64,000 nt of DNA, from positions 832,001-896,000 of the forward strand of contig CAWJCS010000003.1 of assembly GCA_963841435.1 (NCBI GenBank), read 5' to 3'. Position numbers and translations under genes: made by a program. The DNA is from an uncultured delta proteobacterium. GTDB taxonomy: Bacteria > Myxococcota_A > Polyangia > Polyangiales > Polyangiaceae. The notes under the pieces were generated by a model that was given only the letters and a program-made list of their open reading frames with translations, ran no database searches and was not told where the DNA came from. How positions within the stretch are numbered: position 1 is the first letter of the stretch; each line of letters starts with the position of its first letter. This document shows, one piece after another, positions 1 through 12,836 of this stretch.

Positions 1-1371
1 GCGCCGACGCGGGACAGCGCGCCTTCCTGGCTTCCAGTCACGAGCGGCGCGAGGAACACGAGCGCTGCAAGCACCACGCCGACGCGGACGAGCGCGCTCG
101 TCGGCGCCGCCAGGTCGGCCGACAGCCAAGTCACCGTCGTCTCGCGGCGTTCGACGCTGCCGAGAAACAGCCCGATGAAGCGCACGAGCACGAACACCGC
201 GAACCCCGCGACGATGAGCACGACGAGCACGGGGAGCCCCGTGGCAAGCCGTGTCATGAGCTGCGACAGCGGCGTGAGCACGAACCCGGTGAGGCGTTCG
301 GTGTAGCCGCGCGTCGCGTCGAACAGCGACATCACGACGACGAGCCAGGCGTAGATGGTGCCGAGCTGCGCCAGCCACTTCGCAACGCTCAGGCCGACGA
401 GCGCCGTGCTCTTCACCGTGGCGGGGCTCACGACCTCAATCTCGCGCACGCGCACCGCAAGCACGCGCTCCCCATGGGCATCGAGGAACACGCGGGCTCG
501 CTCGGCGAACTCGCCAATCTTTCTCACGAGGTAAAAGACGATGAGCGCGAGGAAGACGAGCAGCGAGATCGAGAACACCGTCTTCGCGAGCGCCTCACGC
601 CGGCGCTCGGAGTCGATGGCCTCGCGCACCGCCGCGGCGGCGGACGCCGCGTGCAGGTCGAGCGAGGCGTCACCGGCTGCCTGGGCGTCGTCGGCGTCGA
701 GCTGCACGATGGGCGCCACTCCGACGAAGAGGATGGCAAGCTCCCCCTTGCGCTCGACGTGCACGTCGCCGCCCTTGGCCTCGCGGGCGGCGGCCGTGAG
801 CGCGCGGGTCGCGTCCTGAGCGCGCTGCAGAGCCGTCTTGCCACCACGCGCGACACGGATCGAGAAGACCTCGTCGTCGCCGAGCAGAACGGGAGACCCG
901 GCGACCGCGGCGGTCGCCGACGCGACGGGCGCCACGGCGCCGCCCGGTGACCCTTCGGGAAGGGTGGCCGAGACCGACGCCGACGGCGGGGGCTGGGCGC
1001 TCGCCGCGGCCTCGCCGCTCGGTGCCGGCTCCGTGCTCGCGGCGGGCTCGGCGCTCGCCACGGCTTCGCCGCTGTCCGTCGGCCGCTCGGCGCTCGCCGC
1101 AGCCTCGGCGCTCGGCCGGGGTCCGGCATCCGGTGCGCCGCCGAGCGTCGTCGGTGCCGCGCGAGCCGGGACTGCACGCGCGGACGACGCCGTGACGCTC
1201 GCCGTGGGCGCGCGCTTCACGGAAGCTGGCGTGCTGGTCGCGGTGGCGCTCGGAGCGCTGGAGGGCCCTGGGCTCGTCGGGGGCGCCTGGGCGCGTGCGA
1301 CCGTCACCCACGCCGACGAAGCCAGCACGGCGAGGACGGCTGCCGCGCGAAGCCAGCGGAAATGGGCTCAC
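1..1371 (-). CDS. MscS-family mechanosensitive channel-like membrane protein with N-terminal periplasmic domain (partial, runs off left edge; +1 frameshift just after start)
   Basis: Frame not in the ORF track, translated by hand: signal-like FRWLRAAAVLAVLASSAWVTVARAQ, Pro/Ala linker, VFSIRVARGG..., then TM segments (KTVFSISLLVFLALIVFYLV; WLAQLGTIYAWLVVVMSLF; LPVLVVLIVAGFAVFVLVRFIGLF; TSALVRVGVVLAALVFLAPL). GTG at 1371 sits 7 nt after TAGAGT and is in frame only if one C of AGCCCATT is removed. Confidence 0.6.
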
Positions 1372-1465
1372 GACGAGGACTCTAGAGGTCCTCCGAGGCG
1401 TCGCGCCACAGGGAACTCCGCACCCGTCGAAACCAGCCCCGCGGGCGAGCGTCCCACGCCCGGAC

Positions 1466-2668
1466 TCAGTCGGGCTCGATGCGGACGACCGTCCCGGCCC
1501 CCACGTCGCTAAAGTAGAGCTTGTCGTCCGGGCCCCAGCTGAGCGCCGTCAGGCGATCGGGGCCGGTGCCGGTGTCGAGGGTTCGGAGCAGGCTCCGGGT
1601 CTCGAGATCGTAGGCGGCGATGCGGCCGTCCGCGCGGTCGGCGACGAACAGCACGGTGCCCTGCAACGCAAGGCCGCTCGGCTCCGTGACGACACCCGGC
1701 GGAACGGCATCGAACGTCCGCGCACCCGTCATCAGGGAGTGCGTGACGATCGGGTCGTAGGCGATGACCTCACCGCCGGGCGCCCCCGTGCTCGTGTCGA
1801 GCGCGAGCACGCGGCCGTGGCCCGGATCGGCCGCGTAGAGGAGGCGCGACAGAGCGTCGTAAACGAGATGGCTCGGCACCTCGGGCACACGCAGAAGCAG
1901 CCCGTCGGCGTAGCGCCAGAGCTCGCCGTCGGAATGGTCCTCCCCGCCCGGTTCGTGCGGCGCGTGAAAATCGTAGCGATCGAGCGAGCCAGCATCACCA
2001 TTGAACACCCAAAAGACGTTGTCGACCTCGTGCGCGATGCCCATGCAGTAGGGCGAGTCGTGCAGCATGTCGATGTGCGTGCCGTTGGCTCCGGGCGGCG
2101 GTGGTTGGGCGAAAATCGTGGGGTCCGAGGTCCACAGCACGGGGCCGTTGTACGGAACGGCCTCGTCCTCGTAGTTCCCGGTGCGGGCCTCGCCGCACGT
2201 CGCGAACAGCTCCTCCGCGCCCCAGGCGATCGACGTGGGGCGACGCATGAAGTGCCATGCGTTCGCGTCCTTCTCGATGACGACGGCGGGGTCGCCTCCG
2301 GTCGCGCCATCGACGATGGCGACGCGCCCCTCGAGCCAGGCGCAGGGCCCCTGCCCCGTGTTGCAGGTCCGATCGACGTACCCCTCGCGCAACGTGACCC
2401 AGAGCTCGTCCGCCGTGGCACCGCTCCACGCTAGGCCCGTCGTCTCGAGCCGGATGCCCTGGAAGTCGGCGGGCTCGTAGACCGTGACGAAACCAACGGA
2501 CTCCGCGGAGCCGTCGCCATGGCCGATGGCCGCCGCCGTGGCCAGCGCCTGCGTGGAGGGACCGGGCGAGTCGCCAGCGCTCCCGCTCTTGACGGGGTCG
2601 GAGCCGCAGGCGACGAGAGCCCAGACGAGCGCCGCGAAAGCCACGCGGACGAGCGGTGAGGGCGCCAT
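1466..2668 (-). CDS. secreted beta-propeller-like lipoprotein, function unknown
   Basis: Start refined to MAPSPLVR; lipobox ALVAC; repeated blade-like motifs (PTSIAW, PSHLVYD, PSGLAL, LTALSWGPDDKLYFSD). Confidence 0.7.
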   Translation of the reverse strand: MAPSPLVRVAFAALVWALVACGSDPVKSGSAGDSPGPSTQALATAAAIGHGDGSAESVGFVTVYEPADFQGIRLETTGLAWSGATADELWVTLREGYVDRTCNTGQGPCAWLEGRVAIVDGATGGDPAVVIEKDANAWHFMRRPTSIAWGAEELFATCGEARTGNYEDEAVPYNGPVLWTSDPTIFAQPPPPGANGTHIDMLHDSPYCMGIAHEVDNVFWVFNGDAGSLDRYDFHAPHEPGGEDHSDGELWRYADGLLLRVPEVPSHLVYDALSRLLYAADPGHGRVLALDTSTGAPGGEVIAYDPIVTHSLMTGARTFDAVPPGVVTEPSGLALQGTVLFVADRADGRIAAYDLETRSLLRTLDTGTGPDRLTALSWGPDDKLYFSDVGAGTVVRIEPD

Positions 2669-2773
2669 CACCCCGGTTTTCCCACGAAGTCGCGCGTCTC
2701 TCAAATCGACCGCGGGCGACCCCCACGCGCGGGCGCCGATTTCATCGCCCAAGTGGTGCTAATAAGGCGAGCC

Positions 2774-4018
2774 GTGACGAAGACCGACTACCCCGATCGC
2801 ATCGTGATTCACGTCGCCGGAGCGGATCGCCCCGGTGTCACGGCGCGCCTGACGGAAGTGATGGCCGAGGAGAACGCGGATCTGATCGACATCGGTCAGT
2901 CCGTGCTCCACGGCTACTTGATGCTGTCCGCGATCCTCGACGTGCCGACAACGTCGAGCGCTTTCCGGAAAATTCTGTTCGCTGCGGCAGACCTCGGGCT
3001 GCGCTTCGAGGTCAGCCCCTACCGCGGCGTGGCGGGCGACCCCCTCCAATCCGCGGCGTCGCTCGCCATCACCGTGCTCGGACCGCTGAACGACGGCACG
3101 GCCACCGCGCGCATCACGCGCTTCATGGCGGATCGCAACATGAACATCCGCGAGATCCGCTCGCTCAGCGAGACCGAGCTCACGGGGCTCGAGCTCATCG
3201 TCGATCTGCCGCCCGGCGCGCGCGCGACGGGGGCGGAGCTCGCGCTCTTGCGCGGCGGGCTGCTCGGGCTCGGCATGGAGCTCGGCGTCAACCTCGCCGT
3301 GCAGAAGGACGACATCTTCCGCCGCAACAAGCGTCTCGTGTGCATGGACGTCGACTCGACCTTCGTGAAGGGCGAGCTCATCGACGAGCTGGCGTCGCTC
3401 GTCGGCGTCAAGGAGCAGGTGGCGGGCATCACGGCGCGGGCCATGCGCGGCGAGATCGATTTCCGGCAGGCGCTCGCCGAGCGCGTGAAGTTGCTCGCGG
3501 GGCTGCCGTTCGAGCGCGCCAAGGCCCTCGCCGATCGCTCGGAGCTCACGCCCGGCGCCGACCGCTTCGTCCGCATCTTGAAGGCGCTCGGCTACCGCGT
3601 GGGGCTCGTGAGCGGTGGCTTCAGCTTCTTCGTCGACGACCTCAAGGAGCGCTTTGGTCTCGATTTCGCGATTTCGAACGAGCTCGAAGTGCAGGATGAA
3701 AAGCTCACGGGCCGCGTGCAAGGCACGGTGGTCGACAGCGAGCGCAAGGCTCAAGTGCTCCGCGACATGGCGCAGGCCTACCATATGAAGCTCGGCCACA
3801 CGGTGGCCGTCGGCGACGGCGCCAACGACGTGCTCATGCTGCAGACGGCGGGACTGGGCATCGCGTTCCGCGCCAAACCCAAGCTCCAGGAGGTGGCGCA
3901 CATGAGCCTCAACCATCACGACCGGCTCGACACGCTACTTTACCTCATGGGCTACAACGCCCGCGATCTGCGCGAGGTCGAGACCGAGGCGCAGGGAGCC
4001 GCGTCCGCGAAAGCGTAG
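2774..4018 (+). CDS. serB: phosphoserine phosphatase SerB (2 ACT + HAD)
   Basis: ACT motif GADRPGVTA; HAD motif I MDVDST, ITARAMRGE, VSGGF, GDGANDV. Confidence 0.95.
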   Translation: MTKTDYPDRIVIHVAGADRPGVTARLTEVMAEENADLIDIGQSVLHGYLMLSAILDVPTTSSAFRKILFAAADLGLRFEVSPYRGVAGDPLQSAASLAITVLGPLNDGTATARITRFMADRNMNIREIRSLSETELTGLELIVDLPPGARATGAELALLRGGLLGLGMELGVNLAVQKDDIFRRNKRLVCMDVDSTFVKGELIDELASLVGVKEQVAGITARAMRGEIDFRQALAERVKLLAGLPFERAKALADRSELTPGADRFVRILKALGYRVGLVSGGFSFFVDDLKERFGLDFAISNELEVQDEKLTGRVQGTVVDSERKAQVLRDMAQAYHMKLGHTVAVGDGANDVLMLQTAGLGIAFRAKPKLQEVAHMSLNHHDRLDTLLYLMGYNARDLREVETEAQGAASAKA

Positions 4019-4043
4019 CTCCGAGCCGGCGCCGGGCGCGCGC

Positions 4044-4703
4044 TCAACGCTTGCGGGCGAGCAAGAGCCCGTCGCCGATCGGGACGAGCGTCGCCGAAAC
4101 GCGGGGGTCAGTGCTGACGCGCTCGTTCAGCGCGCGAATCGCTAGCGTCAACGGCGAGGTTTCGGCGGGGTTTGCCACGCGGCCGCCCCAGAGCGTGTTG
4201 TCGAAAGCCAGGACGCCGCCCTGCCGCACGAGGGCAAGTCCCCGCTCGTAGTACTCGAGGATGGCCTCTTTGTCGGCGTCGAAAAAGGCTAGGTCGAAGG
4301 CGGGCTCGCGCGCGGCCAGCAACGCGTCGAGCGTCGCGACGCCCGGACCGAGCCTGAGGCTCACCTTGTCGAGCACACCCGCTTCCTCCCAGTAGCGCCG
4401 GGCGATCAACGTCCACTGCTCGCTCCTGTCACAGGCGACGACGCGGCCGTCCGCGGGCATCGCCATCGCGACCGATAGCGAGCTGTAGCCCGTGAACACC
4501 CCGACCTCGAGGTAGCGCCGGACGCCCATGAGCTCGACGAGGAAGGCCATGAAGCGGCCCTGCTCCGGCGAAATCTGCATGCCGCCCTCGGGCAGCGCCG
4601 CCGTCTCCTCGCGCAGTCGCGAGAACATCGGCGGCTCGCGCACCGTCACGTCGAGCAGGTAGCGCCAGAGGTCCTCACTCAGCCCTATCGTGCGCGCAGA
4701 CAT
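4044..4703 (-). CDS. class I SAM-dependent O-methyltransferase (caffeoyl-CoA OMT-like)
   Basis: MQISPEQG, LEVGVFTGYS, FFDADK, FDNTLWGG, PIGDGL. Confidence 0.92.
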   Translation of the reverse strand: MSARTIGLSEDLWRYLLDVTVREPPMFSRLREETAALPEGGMQISPEQGRFMAFLVELMGVRRYLEVGVFTGYSSLSVAMAMPADGRVVACDRSEQWTLIARRYWEEAGVLDKVSLRLGPGVATLDALLAAREPAFDLAFFDADKEAILEYYERGLALVRQGGVLAFDNTLWGGRVANPAETSPLTLAIRALNERVSTDPRVSATLVPIGDGLLLARKR

Positions 4704-4721
4704 GCGGGTTCGGGGTGGGCT

Positions 4722-4994
4722 TTAGTGGTCGTGGGGAACGAACTCGGGGGGCGCGGCGGAGCCCTCACCGAAGAAGTACTTCTCGCACTCGCCCATCCAC
4801 AGGCGCTGACCGCTCTCGCTCGTGAGATCCAGGCGGTACTCGTTGATGAGCATCTTGGAGTGCTCGAGCCATTGCCGCCACGCTTCGGCAGACACCTGGG
4901 CGAAGATCCTTTCGCCGAGATCACCCTTGAAGGGTGCACGCTCGAGCCCCTCGGCTTGACGACCCAGCTTCACGCAATCGACGAGTTTTGCCAT
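4722..4994 (-). CDS. yggX: Fe(II)-trafficking / oxidative damage protection protein
   Basis: CVKLG...GL...P..G.LG.RI...VS.EAW.QWL....MLINEYRL signature. Confidence 0.93.
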   Translation of the reverse strand: MAKLVDCVKLGRQAEGLERAPFKGDLGERIFAQVSAEAWRQWLEHSKMLINEYRLDLTSESGQRLWMGECEKYFFGEGSAAPPEFVPHDH

Positions 4995-5067
4995 CGATGG
5001 CGACTTCTTTCAGCGGCGCACGCCCGCGTCAAGCGGGGGCGCCTCGAGGTGAACGACCGGAACCACC

Positions 5068-5259
5068 TCAGGCGGGGTTCGCGGGCTTCTTCTCGTCCTT
5101 CTTGTCCTTGTTCTCCGTCTTGCTCTTGTCGCTCTGCTTCGCGTCCTTGTCGCCCTTGGAGTGGCCGTCGCAAAGCGGCACCACGGAGGCGAACGAGGGC
5201 GCCGCGAAGGCGAGACCGGCGGCCAGGAGAGACAGACGAACCAGCTTCGGAGTGGTCAT
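5068..5259 (-). CDS. small (63 aa) secreted Lys/Asp-rich protein
   Basis: MTTPKLVRLSLLAAGLAFAAPSFA signal peptide plus charged tail; own TTGACT-17-AAAGCT promoter 7 nt before the ATG. Confidence 0.7.
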   Translation of the reverse strand: MTTPKLVRLSLLAAGLAFAAPSFASVVPLCDGHSKGDKDAKQSDKSKTENKDKKDEKKPANPA

Positions 5260-5266
5260 GGCCGAG

Positions 5267-5295
5267 AGCTTTGGACCGACACCCGGCCGAGTCAA
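5267..5295 (-). promoter_or_regulatory. sigma70-like promoter (TTGACT-N17-AAAGCT), leaderless
   Basis: Hexamers at 5290-5295 and 5267-5272, 17-bp spacer, ATG 7 nt downstream. Confidence 0.55.
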
Positions 5296-5312
5296 GGCCG
5301 GGGGGCAAACCC

Positions 5313-5960
5313 TCAGCGACTGGCGACCCGAGCCCCCGCGGCGGCGGCCTCGGGACCGTTCATGGCGGCCGGCGCCTCGAGGTAGGGCTGTTCGACGCGC
5401 AGGACCCAGCGTTCCCTCCCCCGGTAGAACTCGCCCGAAAGGACCTTCTCGCGCCGCGCGCGCGCGAGCAGCACCGCGCGCACGATCTGAGCACGCGAGA
5501 GCGCAGGCTGGCCGAGCGCCCGCGTCAGCACGTCCCCGTCTCGAAGACCGACGCCCAGCGCCGAAACACCATGGAGCTCGAGCCCCGGAGGCCGCGCTCC
5601 GTCTTGCCCCACGGGGACGCCGCGCAGCCGCTGGCGCGTGCTGGCGATGCGCAGCACGGCGTCGGCCGAAACGAACACGGCGGGTGTGACCTTGCGCGCC
5701 TTGCCCTTGCGAGCGGGCTCGGCCGGGGGAGGCGCCGCATCGACGGTGCCGAGCACCGGGGACGCGACGGGAAGGGCGTCGAGCTCGGCACCGGCGTCCG
5801 CGTCCGGCGGGTCCTGAGCGAGCAGCGACGCGACGCCCGACAGCAGGCTCCCGAGCGCGCCGCCGAGATGGTCAGCCAGGCGAGCCGAGCCGAATGCTCC
5901 GAGCGCGAGCACGAGCGGCAGGGGAAGGAGCGGCATCAGGCGGCGCACGTTCCCAAACAT
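5313..5960 (-). CDS. membrane-anchored PDZ-like protein (divergent GspC-like)
   Basis: N-terminal TM, Pro/Lys linker, GLELHGVSALGVGLRDGDVLTRALG PDZ-like segment resembling the GspC-like protein at 60443. Confidence 0.55.
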   Translation of the reverse strand: MFGNVRRLMPLLPLPLVLALGAFGSARLADHLGGALGSLLSGVASLLAQDPPDADAGAELDALPVASPVLGTVDAAPPPAEPARKGKARKVTPAVFVSADAVLRIASTRQRLRGVPVGQDGARPPGLELHGVSALGVGLRDGDVLTRALGQPALSRAQIVRAVLLARARREKVLSGEFYRGRERWVLRVEQPYLEAPAAMNGPEAAAAGARVASR

Positions 5961-5981
5961 TATCACGACCTTGACCCGGGG

Positions 5982-6446
5982 TCAGCGGACGCGCCAATTG
6001 CCCTGGTAGGAGCGACCGATGTCGTCGAGCGTGATGTCGGTGACGATGAGCTCGGGACGCGCAGCCTGACAGAACACGATGGAATTTTGCCGGAAAACGC
6101 GACCAAACCCCACGGCCTCGTCGCGCGGAATGCCCTGCACGAACCACGCGGGCTCGCGGAACGGCCCATCGGGCTCTTCGTCGTAGCCGACGCACTGTTC
6201 GACGCGATAGCAGCCGAGCACCAAGAGATCGCGCAACACTTGTTGCCGCCCCTCGTTCACGCGCCGCGGCAGCGGCATGCTGCGCGGATTGTACGCGGTG
6301 ATGATCGCGAAATCCTGGCGCAGGATCGCGGGCAGCTTCTCGATGTCGTGCACGACCTCACCGTCGATCGAGACACGCACGACGCCGGACTCGAAGGGCA
6401 GCTCGTAGATGGTACCGAAGTAGGAGCGAAGCAGGTTCTGGTCCAC
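5982..6446 (-). CDS. DUF3293-family protein
   Basis: FAIITAYNPRS...N...L...EP.W.V.....AV.FGR.F.QNSIV pattern. Confidence 0.75.
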   Translation of the reverse strand: MDQNLLRSYFGTIYELPFESGVVRVSIDGEVVHDIEKLPAILRQDFAIITAYNPRSMPLPRRVNEGRQQVLRDLLVLGCYRVEQCVGYDEEPDGPFREPAWFVQGIPRDEAVGFGRVFRQNSIVFCQAARPELIVTDITLDDIGRSYQGNWRVR

Positions 6447-6495
6447 GAGCCCGCCTTTTTAGCATGCTTTTTCGCAATGCAAGCAAGCTCGCGTG

Positions 6496-9402
<2,907 letters not shown>

Positions 9403-9411
9403 GGGGCCGCC

Positions 9412-9440
9412 CACGTAGCACCGAAGCATACTGAACACAA
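9412..9440 (-). promoter_or_regulatory. uvrA promoter (TTGTGT-N17-TACGTG, extended -10 TG)
   Basis: -35 at 9435-9440, -10 at 9412-9417, ATG 9 nt downstream. Confidence 0.5.
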
Positions 9441-9449
9441 GTTCAGTAT
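9428..9449. promoter_or_regulatory. LexA (SOS) operator, myxobacterial type
   Basis: Perfect inverted repeat ATACTGAAC-acaa-GTTCAGTAT about 25 bp upstream of uvrA; CTGAAC-N4-GTTCAG matches the core of the Myxococcus LexA box. Confidence 0.8.
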
Positions 9450-9830
9450 CTAGCGGCGAGGCTCGCCGCGGAAACGGCGGGCCACGGGGTGAAAGGCGGG
9501 CTGCACGCGGCGGGCCCGGCTGAGCGAGAACGAGCCCTGCCCGACGCTCGAGTCGGTCCCCTACCCGCACGATACGGACGCGACGTGGATCTTGATGACG
9601 CTCTCCCGAGGACTGGCACTCGCTCTACGTCGTGCGGCTCGTGGCGGGGACGCCGAGCGGCTCGACGCAGCCGACGCTCGAGGTGGTGACGCGCCGAACG
9701 CGATCGGCCGATGAAGAAGACGGGTGCCTGGCGCCTGGCCTTTGCCTTGCGTCCTTTCGCCGAAAGCGAGCAGACTACCTGGTAGAGGCGGGTCGATGTC
9801 GCAGGGGCCGACCTCCGGAGCAAGGTAGCC

Positions 9831-12800
9831 ATGGCGTCAACCGACGAGGAGCACGAATCCGCAACAGAACCCGTCACGGGCGTCAGTGAGTCTGGGGCCG
9901 CCAGCGACGCAACCCTGGGCGCCTTCCCGGTCGTGGGCATCGGCGCCTCGGCCGGCGGATTGGCTGCGTTCGAGGCGTTCTTCTCGGGCATGCCCGCCGA
10001 CGCGGAGAGCGGCATGGCGTTCGTCTTGGTGCAGCACCTGTCACCGGACCACAAGAGCATCCTCTCGGAGTTGGTGAAGCGCTACACGAGCATGGAGGTG
10101 TTCGAGGTCCAGGACGGGATGAGGGTTAGGCCCAACTGCGCCTACATCATTCCACCCAACCGCGACATGGCTTTCCTGCACGGCACGCTCCGCCTTCTGG
10201 AGCCTGCCGAGGCGCGCGGCCAACGCCTGCCCATTGACTTCTTTTTCCGCTCGCTGGCCCAAGACCAAGGGGAGCAAGCCGTCTGCATCGTGCTCTCGGG
10301 AACGGGCAGCGACGGCACGCTGGGAGTGCGGGCAATCAAGGGCGAGGGCGGCATGGTGATGATTCAGGACCCCGACACCGCGGAGTACGACGGCATGCCG
10401 CGGAGCGCATTGGCCACGGGCCTGGTGGACTACGTCCTGCCCGCGGACGAGATGGCCGCGCGGCTGATCGCCTACGCCGCCCGTGCCGGGAGAGGCGCGA
10501 GCGGGACAGCCGCGCCTCCGACCGGCAGGACCCATGACGAGCTCGAGAAGATCTTCGTCCTCATTCGCGCGCAGACCGGCCACGACTTTTCCCAGTACAA
10601 GCAGACGACGGTCAGCCGTCGCGTGGAGCGGCGCATGGCAGTCCAGCAGATCGAGCGTTTGGACAGTTATGTGCGCTATCTGCAGCAAACGCCGAGCGAG
10701 GTCAACGCGCTCTTTCGCGATCTGTTGATCGGCGTCACCCAGTTTTTCCGCGACCCCGTCGCATTCGCCGCCTTGGACGCCGAGGGCATTGCCCCGCTGT
10801 TCCTCGCCGCGCCGACCGGAGCGGTAATCCGTGTGTGGGTCGCGGGCTGTTCGACCGGTGAAGAGGCTTATTCCGTCGCGATCCTCATGCGTGAGCGACT
10901 CGAAGCCACGAACAAGAGCTTTCAGCTGCAGGTTTTCGCGACCGACATCGACGCGCGAGCGATTCAGGTCGCCCGCGCCGGGACCTATCCCGCCAGTATC
11001 GTCAGCGACATCAGCCCCGAGCGGCTGTCGCGCGAGTTCTCGGAGCTCGACGACGGCAGCTATCGCGTACGGCAGGCCATTCGTGATCTCGTGATCTTCT
11101 CCGAGCAAGACATGCTCAAGGATCCCCCATTTTCGCGGCTCGACCTCGTTTGCTGTCGCAACGTGATGATCTACATGAGCGCGGACCTGCAGAAGAAGCT
11201 GGTCCCCGTGTTTCACTATGCGCTCAACCGTGGCGGCACGCTGTTTCTGGGCAGCTCCGAAACCGTGGGCGAGTTCGCGGAGCTTTTTTCGCCGTTGAAC
11301 CGCAAGGAGAAGATCTATCGGCGCAGAGACGATGTATTCGGAGCGGCCCATCCGTTCATCGGTCGCGCCTACGCCCCGCCGGAAGCTCGAGGCCGTGGCC
11401 TGCGCCCCCGGCGGCCTTCGGGCGAAAGCAAGCTGCCCATGCGCGAGCTCACGGAGCGTGCGCTTTTGGAAGAAACGCCGGTCGCCGCTCTCGTCAACGA
11501 GCGCGGCGAGCTGCTCTACGTTCACGGACACACGGGGGAGTACCTGGAGCCTGCGCCGGGCGAAGCCGGGGTGAACATCCTGAGGATGGCCCGCCCAGGG
11601 CTGCAGCATGCGTTGACCGGCGCTTTGCGCCAGGCCTCGGCGCAGAGCGAGCCGGGCGAGCCGGTGTTCTTGCCGGGTTTGCGGGTCAAGACCAACGGCG
11701 CCTACACCGAGCTCGACCTGACGGTGCGGCCGGTAGCTACCGGCGAGCACGCAGCCGGCGGTCAGCACCTATTTCTGGTGGTTTTCCAACGGGCGCGCCT
11801 CGCGGGGAGTCAAGCGGCCGTCGCATCCGAAGCCGGGGAGGTTCCCGCCGAGCCTCCGGCAGAAAAGGACGCGCGCATCGCGGCGCTTTCGCAGGAGCTT
11901 CGAGCGAGGGACGAATACCTCCGCGCGACTCAGGAGGAAATGCAGACGTCAACCGAGGAGCTGCGCTCCGCGAACGAGGAGCTGCAGTCGACGAACGAAG
12001 AATTGCAGTCGACGAACGAAGAGCTCGAAACCTCCAAGGAGGAGCTGCAGTCGGTGAACGAGGAGCTAGCGACCGTCAACACCGAGCTCCAAAGCAAGGT
12101 GCTCGACCTGTCTCAGGCCAACAACGACATGAACAACCTGTTGGCCGGCACGGGCATCGGCACCGTCTTCGTCGATCACCAGCTGCGCATTCGGCGTTTT
12201 ACTCCTGCCGTCACTCAATTCATCAACCTGATCCAGACGGACGTCGGGCGTCCGCTCGGCCACATCGTATCCAATCTCGTGAGCTACGATGGTCTGGTCG
12301 CCGACGTGCAAGCCGTGTTGGACACGCTTGCGCCCAGGGAGATCGAAGTCGAGACGCGCGCGGGCGCTGCCTATCGCCTGCGCATCCGGCCGTATCGGAC
12401 GTTGGAAAACGTCGTCGAGGGCGCGGTCATCACCTTCACGGAAGTCACCGCGCTCAAGGACGCTCAAATCGCGCTGCGCGAGGCGGATGCTCTGCGCAAG
12501 TTGGCGGGAGCGTTGCGTGACGCAGAGGACGCGATCGTGGTGCAGGATTTCCAGGGTCGCATCTTGGCTTTCAATCCAAGCGCCGTGAGGCTGTACGGCT
12601 GGAGCGAGGCCGAGGCACTGACGATGAACGCCAGCGCGCTCGTGCCAGAGAGTCAGCGCGAGCAGGCTCTGCCCGTCGTCCACCGACTCGCTGATGCTCG
12701 AGTGCTCGAGCCACTCTGCACTCAGCGCCTCACAAAGGGTGGCGATATCGTGGAGATAGCACTGACTGCCACGACGCTGGTGAGCGCGTCGGGAGGCACC

Positions 12801-12836
12801 TATGGTATTCTGACCGTCGAAAGGGGAAGAGATTGA
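9831..12836 (+). CDS. CheB methylesterase-CheR methyltransferase-coiled coil-PAS fusion (MAC1-like)
   Basis: CheB triad motifs [17 protein letters not shown]; CheR motifs [35 protein letters not shown]; (N)EELQST heptads; C-terminal PAS domains. Confidence 0.93.
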   Translation: MASTDEEHESATEPVTGVSESGAASDATLGAFPVVGIGASAGGLAAFEAFFSGMPADAESGMAFVLVQHLSPDHKSILSELVKRYTSMEVFEVQDGMRVRPNCAYIIPPNRDMAFLHGTLRLLEPAEARGQRLPIDFFFRSLAQDQGEQAVCIVLSGTGSDGTLGVRAIKGEGGMVMIQDPDTAEYDGMPRSALATGLVDYVLPADEMAARLIAYAARAGRGASGTAAPPTGRTHDELEKIFVLIRAQTGHDFSQYKQTTVSRRVERRMAVQQIERLDSYVRYLQQTPSEVNALFRDLLIGVTQFFRDPVAFAALDAEGIAPLFLAAPTGAVIRVWVAGCSTGEEAYSVAILMRERLEATNKSFQLQVFATDIDARAIQVARAGTYPASIVSDISPERLSREFSELDDGSYRVRQAIRDLVIFSEQDMLKDPPFSRLDLVCCRNVMIYMSADLQKKLVPVFHYALNRGGTLFLGSSETVGEFAELFSPLNRKEKIYRRRDDVFGAAHPFIGRAYAPPEARGRGLRPRRPSGESKLPMRELTERALLEETPVAALVNERGELLYVHGHTGEYLEPAPGEAGVNILRMARPGLQHALTGALRQASAQSEPGEPVFLPGLRVKTNGAYTELDLTVRPVATGEHAAGGQHLFLVVFQRARLAGSQAAVASEAGEVPAEPPAEKDARIAALSQELRARDEYLRATQEEMQTSTEELRSANEELQSTNEELQSTNEELETSKEELQSVNEELATVNTELQSKVLDLSQANNDMNNLLAGTGIGTVFVDHQLRIRRFTPAVTQFINLIQTDVGRPLGHIVSNLVSYDGLVADVQAVLDTLAPREIEVETRAGAAYRLRIRPYRTLENVVEGAVITFTEVTALKDAQIALREADALRKLAGALRDAEDAIVVQDFQGRILAFNPSAVRLYGWSEAEALTMNASALVPESQREQALPVVHRLADARVLEPLCTQRLTKGGDIVEIALTATTLVSASGGTYGILTVERGRD

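Noticed and set aside
9470..9830. Possible ncRNA or small gene between uvrA and the CheBR gene
   Set aside because: Only short GC-rich stems and unconvincing ORFs; no recognisable RNA family motif
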